A stretch of DNA of 62,968 nucleotides, the filler included, from Octopus bimaculoides (Eukaryota): the NCBI RefSeq assembly GCF_001194135.2. It is 4 parts of 4 records of this genome, joined end to end, with 100 filler letters (N's around TTAATTAATTAA, not from the genome) between each part and the next. Parts side by side here need not be neighbours in the genome. Positions count along the whole stretch, not along the records: positions 50,165 to 56,627 come from NC_068990.1; positions 56,728 to 62,968 come from NC_069007.1; 2 more parts are not named here. The stretch is one strand, 5' to 3'. Positions 53,380-62,968 of the stretch are shown here, piece after piece. How positions within the stretch are numbered: position 1 is the first letter of the stretch; each line of letters starts with the position of its first letter. A model generated the notes under the pieces. It saw only the letters and a list, made by a program, of their open reading frames with translations. It was not told the origin of the DNA and did not search any database. Position numbers and translations under genes: made by a program.

Positions 53380-55266
53380 ACACACATACATACAATCACA
53401 CAAGACTGGCAGTGGCAGCAACAGTACATCAATCAACAGAGACAGCAGTATCAACAGCTAGGTTGGCAACAACAACAATGATATTAAGACTGAATATACT
53501 GAAACATCGGTAGTTACAGCACACACAGTGCACAGACATGGAAATATGTCAGTTCAACTAATGGTCCCTTTAAGCAATGTCTGAGCAACCATAAATCCTC
53601 TTTTAGAATACCAAAGAGGATGAATATCAGGTACCACAGTGGCTACATACTTATGTCAATCATCTTGGTGAAGATCATCCTTTAACGTCCACTGTCCATG
53701 CTAGCATGGGTAGAATGGTTTCACAGGAACCAGCCAAGCAGAAGCCTGTATCAATCTTCTGTGACTGTTTTGGCAAGATTTTTTAACAGCTGGATGTCCT
53801 TACTAACAGGAACCACCCAGCAGAGTGGACTTAGTGCTTCTTTCTTGGCGCAAGCACAGGCGAGATCAGTTTTGGCAAGGTTTTTCCAGCTGCATACCCT
53901 TCCAAATGCCAACCACTTTACAGTGTGGATTGGATGCTTTTTAAGTGGCACTTGCACTGACAGGGTCACCAAGTAACTTGCAAGACAAAAATCTTTTGAG
54001 AAGGAACAGTCATTGGAGGAGGTGATCAAAATAAAAGTATTTTTGTTTTCCTAAGGAAAAGGTTACACAATCAGTAGAATGATGTTTCTTGTCATGACTA
54101 GACTAGCCATATTTAGTTACATTCTTTTTCATTCTGGATTCAAATCCCACCAGTGGGTACTTCACATTTCTTACTCCTGAGGTNNNNNNNNNNNNNNNNN
54201 NNNNNNNNNNNNNNNNNNNNNNNNNNNNNNNNNNNNNNNNNNNNNNNNNNNNNNNNNNNNNNNNNNNNNNNNNNNNNNNNNNNNNNNNNNNNNNNNNNNN
54301 NNNNNNNNNNNNNNNNNNNNNNNNNNNNNNNNNNNNNNNNNNNNNNNNNNNNNNNNNNNNNNNNNNNNNNNNNNNNNNNNNNNNNNNNNNNNNNNNNNNN
54401 NNNNNNNNNNNNNNNNNNNNNNNNNNNNNNNNNNNNNNNNNNNNNNNNNNNNNNNNNNNNNNNNNNNNNNNNNNNNNNNNNNNNNNNNNNNNNNNNNNNN
54501 NNNNNNNNNNNNNNNNNNNNNNNNNNNNNNNNNNNNNNNNNNNNNNNNNNNNNNNNNNNNNNNNNNNNNNNNNNNNNNNNNNNNNNNNNNNNNNNNNNNN
54601 NNNNNNNNNNNNNNNNNNNNNNNNNNNNNNNNNNNNNNNNNNNNNNNNNNNNNNNNNNNNNNNNNNNNNNNNNNNNNNNNNNNNNNNNNNNNNNNNNNNN
54701 NNNNNNNNNNNNNNNNNNNNNNNNNNNNNNNNNNNNNNNNNNNNNNNNNNNNNNNNNNNNNNNNNNNNNNNNNNNNNNNNNNNNNNNNNNNNNNNNNNNN
54801 NNNNNNNNNNNNNNNNNNNNNNNNNNNNNNNNNNNNNNNNNNNNNNNNNNNNNNNNNNNNNNNNNNNNNNNNNNNNNNNNNNNNNNNNNNNNNNNNNNNN
54901 NNNNNNNNNNNNNNNNNNNNNNNNNNNNNNNNNNNNNNNNNNNNNNNNNNNNNNNNNNNNNNNNNNNNNNNNNNNNNNNNNNNNNNNNNNNNNNNNNNNN
55001 NNNNNNNNNNNNNNNNNNNNNNNNNNNNNNNNNNNNNNNNNNNNNNNNNNNNNNNNNNNNNNNNNNNNNNNNNNNNNNNNNNNNNNNNNNNNNNNNNNNN
55101 NNNNNNNNNNNNNNNCCAACAAATTCAGTCAGTTTGCTCTTAAAGATTTTGTGTATTCTTTTTGAAATCCTTCAACCTCGAAATAATAGACATAAGGGAA
55201 AATTCACTAGGTTTATTAATCTCAATATTAAGTATGTAATTATTATCATGATAAACCTTTTGGGCC

Positions 55267-55421
55267 AAAACGGAAGTTCAGCTATTTCTCTGTATAACTA
55301 TGAGGAACTGCATCTTGGTTGGAATGAGGGATATTACTGCAATATTTACTCTGGGCCCCCTCAAGAAGTTGAAACTTGTTCACAGATAAGTTTTGTACAG
55401 AGACAGTTTCAACTAATTTGA
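55267..55421 (+). pseudogene. Exon relic or terminal exon, homologous to 50570-50740
   Basis: QNGSSAISLYNYEELHLGWNEGYYCNIYSGPPQEVETCSQISFVQRQFQLI*; possible phase-1 acceptor gttcag|CT at 55281/55282. Confidence 0.4.
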
Positions 55422-56008
55422 ACAGCCATGCCATAAAGAGATTTAAGAACTTAACAGGTATCTTCAAAGAATTTGATTTAAACATTAAGATTACTACTAA
55501 TCTATATTCCACTAAGTGGACATTATCTTAGAATTTATGTATCCAGCAAATAATAACCTATATAAAACTTAACAAGGAGAATAGACACCTTCATAAGAAT
55601 TCTGGAAAGTTCCCCTGGTAGCAGAATCAGATTGCATCATGAGTTATATTGAAACCTTTGCCTGAATGTTTTTATTTTGGATAATCCATTTAGACGTCCT
55701 TCTCCTGATGATGTGCTCTTGTTTAAGATTGTATGGTTATAACAACAGACATCTTAGTTGATCACGTGTTAAAGGAAGTTTTTACCCTACAAAAGCACAC
55801 TATCAGGTTGGTGATGTACAAAGAATTGTCTGCAACCTAGAAATTGAGACGAGTTTGAAAATGAGTCTTAAGGATGTTCTAAGACTCAGGTGAATTGTTT
55901 TGTAACTTGTGGATAATTTTGTGAATCAGTTGTCGGTGTATAATGCACATGTGTGGGTATATGAATGTACATGCCAGCATATAAAATGTATTCTTCTTTT
56001 TCTTTTAG

Positions 56009-56242
56009 CCAATGATGAACATTTCATGATTGAAAAAGTTAGCATTCCAGTGGGGGATATTTTAGGACAGCGTAAGAACAAGACCTTAAATGAATGTAAT
56101 GAAGAATGCAACAGACATCATGGATGTAAATCTTACCAGTACAATGAGGAAAGTAAATTATGTGTTCTGAGTAATGTGACTCAGTGGACTGATGAACTTA
56201 AACCCAGCAAAAAACATGTGGATGTGTACATAACTAACCCTG
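56009..56242 (+). CDS. Second PAN/Apple domain exon (234 nt, phase 1-1)
   Basis: tttttcttttag|CC AAT GAT...AAC CCT G|gtcagc; NDEHFMIEKVSIPVGDILGQRKNKTLNECNEECNRHHGCKSYQYNEESKLCVLSNVTQWTDELKPSKKHVDVYITNP; roughly half identical to the first PAN exon by eye. Confidence 0.88.
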
Positions 56243-57459
56243 GTCAGCAGACTAATTTCATTTTATTGTATGCATGTGTTCTTGTATTTGCATGTGTGTG
56301 TGTGTGTGTGTGTGGCAATGCTGCATGGTTATGAGACATGGGCTTTGATCTCAGAAGACATGAGAAGACTAGAAAGAAATGAATCGAGCATGCTCTATTC
56401 ACTATGCAAACGTGTGCATATATGACGTAGTATAAATGTACTGAATGCAAAACTGGGTTTAAAGAGAAATCAGATGTAGTGTGCAAGAAAGAAGACTGTG
56501 CTTGTATGGACATGCTATGCATATGGATGACTAAAGATGGGTAGAGTTTGTGGATGAGGGAGATGCAGGAAGACATGGGATGGAGTACTGATGGCTGACC
56601 TCAGGACACTGAATCTCAAAGAAGAGANNNNNNNNNNNNNNNNNNNNNNNNNNNNNNNNNNNNNNNNNNNNTTAATTAATTAANNNNNNNNNNNNNNNNN
56701 NNNNNNNNNNNNNNNNNNNNNNNNNNNAAGAAGAAGAAGAAGAAGAAGAAGAAGAAGAAGAAGAAAAAGAAGAAGAAGAAGAAGAAGAAGAAGAAGAAGA
56801 AGAAGAAGAAGAAGAAGAAGAAGAAGAAGAAGAAGAAGAAGAAGAAGAAGAAAGACGACGACGACGACGACGATGATGAATAAGAAGAAGAAGAAGAAGA
56901 TATGTTTACGAAATGAATTCTTGGTGCTGATAAGGAGAAGAGGATGATGGAATCGATTTTTCGGGAGGAATTCTTTTGAAGTTCAAGAGAATGAGAATAT
57001 AGAACTCTATAGCAACAGATAATTACCAATTTTATATAGGAGGAATCAAAATAGGATATCCTTCTCTGCGGCGCATTTTTTTATATTCCATCTTATCTTG
57101 TTTTATTCTATAATATTTTTTTGGTCTTATTTACGTCTTTATTGTATGTAAATTTGTCACAATACAGTTTATATTTTGTTTTAAGTTGTATCTATTTTTT
57201 GGGGTTGCTGTGTGCTGTTTCAAAGTGCTTTTATTTTAGTGTAACTCGCGTAAAAAATTTATTGTAATATTATTTTCTTTTATCACTGTGTCTGTGGAAA
57301 GCCGGCATATTGGCAAAAACCGTGAGAGCGCCAGTTTAAATGAATGACGGGATTATTTCAGGCTCTCTTGTGGTTCTTGTGTATAATATTCACTGAAGTC
57401 TGGAAGTGGGCTGGCAGAGTCGTTTATCTTTTGTTTTTTAATTTCATTTTGTTTAAGTT

Positions 57460-57615
57460 ATTTCACTGCGGCCATGCTGGGGCACCACCTTAAATGATTT
57501 TCGCCGAACAAATCGATCCTGGATTTTTATAAACCTAGAATATATTGTATCGGTCTACGCGAAGTTGCAAGTTGCGGAGACGTAAACACACCAACACCAG
57601 CTGTCAAGAGGTGAT

Positions 57616-57699
<84 letters not shown>

Positions 57700-57860
57700 A
57701 AACGGGCCTCTTTCAGTGTCCGTCTGCTAAATCTAATCACAAGGCTTTGGTCGGCCCGACGCTATAGTAAAACGCACGTGTCTAAGGAACCACGCAGACA
57801 GACCGAAGCCAAAGCCATGTGGTTTGGAAGCAAGTTTATCACCACACCGCCAAGCCTGCG
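57460..57860 (-). mobile_element. SINE family A, full-length, CpG-rich copy
   Basis: Colinear with 43131-43527 but retains CpGs (CACTGCGGCC, GGTCGGCCCGAC). Confidence 0.85.
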
Positions 57861-58114
57861 CCTTGTATGTAATTATATCCTTTCGAGTATAGACATGCAT
57901 AATTAATATTTGTAATAATCTGATGTATTAATTAATACATACTAGTTTACTCTTGTATTTCTTTATTAATATTAGTAATTATATTTACATTTGTTAGAGT
58001 TATTGTAAATGTAAAATATAATGCAACCCCAGTACATTTTCAATTTCATTTTGTTATACATTTCTACCAGTGAGAAATGAATTAATTCTTCCTCTTTCTA
58101 TCTGTCTGTCTGTC

Positions 58115-58160
<46 letters not shown>

Positions 58161-58162
58161 AC

Positions 58163-58205
<43 letters not shown>

Positions 58206-58460
58206 ATATTTATATATATATAAATATATATACACACACACTAGGAGCGCTGAAAAATTCCAGGTTTTGGGTAAAAGAAAATATAAAAGTATAAGTTATG
58301 ATTTTACTCACATATTTCCCTCTAAGATTCGCACACTTATTACAGCGGTACTTTAATTTTCCTCAGCCCTGTAAAATTACTTGGAAGTTTGGGTACCCAA
58401 CCAGGCTTTCGTGATACCTTTAAAGCGAGGAACTTTTATACACCACCTCATGTGTATATA

Positions 58461-58587
58461 CAAGGTGTCCACAAAGTCTGGGTAAATGGGGATTAACACA
58501 TACTTTAGGAAATTATTATTTCTTATATTCAATTGTTTATGTCATGATTTTATTTACTCCACGTACCCAGACTTTGTGGACACCCTG
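58461..58587 (+). mobile_element. Tc1/mariner-type MITE, intact (127 bp)
   Basis: TA|CAAGGTGTCCACAAAGTCTGGGTA ... TACCCAGACTTTGTGGACACCCTG|TA: 24-bp TIRs and TA duplication. Confidence 0.9.
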
Positions 58588-59050
58588 TATATATCGTTGC
58601 GTTTCGTTTACTAACTTTTCTCAGAGCAGTGTATAATCAGCAATATAGAACGTGCTACATTCCATGCCTGCCCAGTCAATATCGAAATGATCAATATATC
58701 GGACATTCAATTTCCCCTTTACTACACTCATGCCTAGATACAGCTCTACTATATATTTCCCTTTGCCCTCCTCTTTAACGACTGATTTATGGTCCTGAAA
58801 ACGGCTGTTAAAAACGTCATCTTTGCTCTTACCAATGCAATTTCGTTCATTTCCGTGTTATATGCCTCAGATGACCATAGATAATTGCGTTCATTAAACA
58901 TTTTCCCATTAATTGCGCAGGCAACACTGTCTTGTTAAGAGAAGCTTGCTCTTCAACCGTGCGGTTTCGGGATGAGTTCAACGATTGGTCCGACCAATGC
59001 TTAGTGAATTAATTTGGTTGAAAGAAACTGCGTGGAAATCCCTTCCGTCG

Positions 59051-59095
<45 letters not shown>

Positions 59096-61599
59096 GTACC
59101 TCTCTCTCTCTCTTTATATATGTTTCTATATATACATATATATATACCTATATGTATGTACGTACATATATATATGTATANNNNNNNNNNNNNNNNNNNN
59201 NNNNNNNNNNNNNNNNNNNNNNNNNNNNNNNNNNNNNNNNNNNNNNNNNNNNNNNNNNNNNNNNNNNNNNNNNNNNNNNNNNNNNNNNNNNNNNNNNNNN
59301 NNNNNNNNNNNNNNNNNNNNNNNNNNNNNNNNNNNNNNNNNNNNNNNNNNNNNNNNNNNNNNNNNNNNNNNNNNNNNNNNNNNNNNNNNNNNNNNNNNNN
59401 NNNNNNNNNNNNNNNNNNNNNNNNNNNNNNNNNNNNNNNNNNNNNNNNNNNNNNNNNNNNNNNNNNNNNNNNNNNNNNNNNNNNNNNNNNNNNNNNNNNN
59501 NNNNNNNNNNNNNNNNNNNNNNNNNNNNNNNNNNNNNNNNNNNNNNNNNNNNNNNNNNNNNNNNNNNNNNNNNNNNNNNNNNNNNNNNNNNNNNNNNNNN
59601 NNNNNNNNNNNNNNNNNNNNNNNNNNNNNNNNNNNNNNNNNNNNNNNNNNNNNNNNNNNNNNNNNNNNNNNNNNNNNNNNNNNNNNNNNNNNNNNNNNNN
59701 NGGGCAGTCGAGTAGATAGACCCCAATACACAACTGGTACTTAATTTATCGACCACGAAAGGATGAAAGACAAAGTCGACCTCGGCGGAATTTGACCTCA
59801 AAACGTAAAGACATGAAATACCGCTAAGCATTTCACCCAGCGGGCCAACGTTTTTGCCAGCTAATCTCCTTCACCATTTATATATCATTTCCTACTAATG
59901 GGTGTATCCTTTACTTCATATAATCATGTTTTTCTGGTGCTTGTATTAAAAACAAAAACTACAAATCCTTTTTTTGAGGAATGGTTTTAAGAGTGTATAT
60001 TTTTGTAGGTGTACCTCTGCTTCTGCTTTGTCCCACACACCGTTTGACAAGCGACGTTGGTTTGCTTGCGTCTCCGTAACTTGGAGGTTCGACAATGGAG
60101 ACGGGGAGAATTAGGAATAAGCATAAGTATTACAGTTGGTAAGTTCAACTGAAAACATCTGCAACGCAGAGCCCCAGTATGACCGTAGTCCAATGACTGA
60201 ACCAATTAAAAGATAAAAGCTAAGATAAAAGATAATGTTTGGTAGATGAACGGTTCCGTCGGCATTGCGGAATTTGTCGACCACGAGAAATATCAATTCA
60301 TGAAAACGCGAAAGCTCCGATGACAAAATGAATATAAGATACAATTGTCTATTTCCCGAAGGCAGAAAAGTCTTCAAGAGATGTTAGGAACAAGGTGACC
60401 GATGTTGCAGTTCGAGTTGAAAAAGAGCAAATATGGATATTATCCTAAAATTCGTGCGCATTTTCGTAACGGTAATAGAGTGAGTTACCTATCTTTGAAT
60501 TGATGATANNNNNNNNNNNNNNNNNNNNNNNNNNNNNNNNNNNNNNNNNNNNNNNNNNNNNNNNNNNNNNNNNNNNNNNNNNNNNNNNNNNNNNNNNNNN
60601 NNNNNNNNNNNNNNNNNNNNNNNNNNNNNNNNNNNNNNNNNNNNNNNNNNNNNNNNNNNNNNNNNNNNNNNNNNNNNNNNNNNNNNNNNNNNNNNNNNNN
60701 NNNNNNNNNNNNNNNNNNNNNNNNNNNNNNNNNNNNNNNNNNNNNNNNNNNNNNNNNNNNNNNNNNNNNNNNNNNNNNNNNNNNNNNNNNNNNNNNNNNN
60801 NNNNNNNNNNNNNNNNNNNNNNNNNNNNNNNNNNNNNNNNNNNNNNNNNNNNNNNNNNTATATATATATAATCCTAATTAAACCCGTATATGTATGTGTT
60901 AATCGTAGTTTGCCTGGTTTGAACCTTTTCTCTTGTATCTATTGTAAATGTCTAGCGCCTCGAGTTCGACTGGATCACTTCTACGTTATCTATGTTTTCC
61001 GAAAGAAAATTATGATTGTATATATATCACGCAACAATCACGACATAAAATGAATTATTACTTCGTTCACAACTCCATCTAATATTAATGTATTTATCTC
61101 TTACGGGAAGTCTTCTTGACTCTACTTAGAAAACACTTTCCTCCAAGTCACATATATAATAAAATATTCAACAAAGATACAATTAAAATTTCTTACTCGC
61201 GTATAAGCTTCAAACAGATTAATGCTTCTCTGAAACACTCACAAGTTACACAGCACATGTGAAAATATTTTCGCTAGCAACTGCAATTTTAGTAATACAG
61301 ACAATCTGCTAACTCAAGAAAAACTTTTTAGTTAATGAAATACATTACAAATGTCCAACATACACACATGCACACACACGTATGCATACACACACATACA
61401 GGGATATATACCTTCTTAAATATATGCACATAATTAAAAATACATGTGTACGTGCGTCCATGCGCATACATATATTACAGCACATATTCATAACGTCTGT
61501 CTACCAATCTCTGTATGTATTCTGTTTATTTTCTCATCACAATGGCGCGAAGATACTTTATTGGTTCGAACGCTATTTCGACAACTTGGTTACTTTGTC

Positions 61600-61785
61600 G
61601 AGTTCAAAATGAAAAGCGATACACAGAAATTGAAAAATTATAGAAATGTTATGACTTGTACGGAAGGCGGGACGTGTAGAGATTCCCATTTGGAGTACGC
61701 AGCAGAATGCACTAATAACAACTTGATTTATGTTGGTTGTAGAACAGAACAATTGAACAAAAGATTCAATGTGTTGCAATTTTGA
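61600..61785 (+). mobile_element. Penelope-like element GIY-YIG endonuclease fragment
   Basis: KLKNYRNVMTCTEGGTCRDSHLEYAAECTNNNLIYVGCRTEQLNKRFN: Cys-containing linker, Y..EC...IYVG (GIY-YIG equivalent), then L.KRF. Confidence 0.7.
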
Positions 61786-61834
61786 AAAAAGAAAAAAACA
61801 AAACAAAGAAAAACTTGAAAGATGGCTGCGATTT

Positions 61835-62039
61835 TGAATTGCAGAAACGTTAGCGCGCTGGACGAAATGCTTAGCGCTATTCGCCAGTCGCTACGCTCTT
61901 TGTTCAAATTCTGCTAAGGTCGGCTTCGCCTTTCATCCATTCGGAGTCGATTAAATAAATACCAGTTACGCAATAGGGTCGATGTAATTGATTTAATACC
62001 TTCCTCCAAATTTGAGGCCTTGTGCTGCCAATAGAGAGG

Positions 62040-62040
<1 letters not shown>
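61835..62040 (+). mobile_element. SINE family B copy ending at (ATT)n (another copy at 59702-59862 minus)
   Basis: GCAGAAACGTTAGCGCGCTGGACGAAATGCTTAGCG...TTTCATCCATTCGGAGTCGATTAAATAAATACCAG. Confidence 0.8.
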
Positions 62041-62090
<50 letters not shown>

Positions 62091-62290
62091 TATTGTTTCC
62101 TTTCATTATAACTTTATTTCAGCTGCGTTAGAACGGGACATCCTCCGGAGGCCAAGAGTAGCAAGGGCACTTGTGTTTTGCTACGCATGCCAATATTAAT
62201 ACCACAATTATTCCCTTTCAGATGGAGAGTACTTTCCGTAGTATATGGGTTGTACCTATCAAGGTTACCTCTTGTAGCTCACGGAGATTG
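62041..62290 (-). mobile_element. Dong/R4-like LINE 3' end abutting (TAA)n
   Basis: Minus strand: SNLRELQEVTLIGTTHILRKVLSI* (typical R4-clade C-terminus), short 3' UTR with AATAAA, then TAA repeats. Confidence 0.65.
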
Positions 62291-62569
62291 GAGCTTCTTC
62301 TTCCTGTTCTTCTTGTTCTTGTTCTTGTTCTTGTTCTTCTTGTTCTTCTTGTTCTTCTTGTTCTTCTTGTTCTTGTTGTTGTTGTTGTTGTTGTTGTTCT
62401 TCTTCTTCTTCTTCTTCTTCTTCTTCTTCTTCTTCTTCTTGAAATCGACTATCCCTCTGCCTTAAAATTTCAGTCCTTGTGATTTAGTGGAAAGGAATAT
62501 TATTATCATTTTGTAGCAAAAGCAACTGCAAAAGTAGCAGGCATAGTAGCAACAGCAGCAGCAGCAGCT

Positions 62570-62600
<31 letters not shown>

Positions 62601-62926
62601 TTGTAGTAGTAGTAGTAATTTTGTTGTTGTTTTCCGTTTATTAGTGACGCCACTAAAAATATTACTTCCATAATTGCATTATGGACGATATACTTTCAGA
62701 ATATAAATATGATTTACCCAAAAATAAACGTACACCAACTCATATATATAGAGAAATATCTAGATAAGAATCTACACACACACATACTTAGCCATACAAA
62801 ATTTACGCATTGGCATACACAAATACGTGCATTTAAAATGTGATGTGTAAGGAAGTACGAACTCACATAAACAGAGAGGCACGAAAGCACCGAAACACAC
62901 ACGTAAACACACACACACACTCACGC

Positions 62927-62968
<42 letters not shown>

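Noticed and set aside
22961-56683. Recurrent TTAATTAATTAA motif
   Set aside because: Always centred in N runs; an assembly linker, not a regulatory element. Adjacency across these joins is uncertain.
58795-58822. CTGAAAA-CGGCTGTT-AAAAAC-GTC as a hammerhead
   Set aside because: Both core boxes are altered, and no helix II or stem I pairing is visible.
61819-61832. YY1-like AAGATGGCTGCG promoter motif
   Set aside because: Single motif squeezed between a Penelope fragment and a SINE; no other promoter evidence.
62171-62671. Poly-L/V, poly-F and poly-C/Y ORFs
   Set aside because: Compound trinucleotide microsatellites (CTT/GTT, AGC/AGT).

Overview
AT-rich, microsatellite-saturated animal genomic DNA with many N gaps. 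The SINE families and repeat density point to an octopus (cephalopod) draft assembly; this is inferred, not proven. Three TTAATTAATTAA linkers inside N gaps (22961, 50109, 56672) split the window into four assembly segments. Almost all ORFs in the track are microsatellite or N artefacts. Genic content: (i) a plus-strand modular gene fragment with phase-1/phase-1 exons encoding PAN/Apple (51240-51470), Sushi/CCP (53069-53239) and PAN/Apple (56009-56242), with a possible signal/anchor exon at 50205-50340 and two decayed homologous exon relics; (ii) a probable minus-strand gene at about 29.9-48.8 kb made of unusually short exons (22-78 nt), product not recognised. Both lie in a CpG-depleted domain (about 23.4-56.6 kb) consistent with gene-body methylation. 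Mobile DNA includes several tRNA-SINE families, Tc1/mariner derivatives, MITEs, and Dong/R4, RTE, L1/Tx1-like and Penelope-like fragments. The most striking structures are several long fold-back palindromes. One (49177-49927) carries a type I hammerhead ribozyme on each arm: intact on the minus strand, CpG-decayed on the plus strand.
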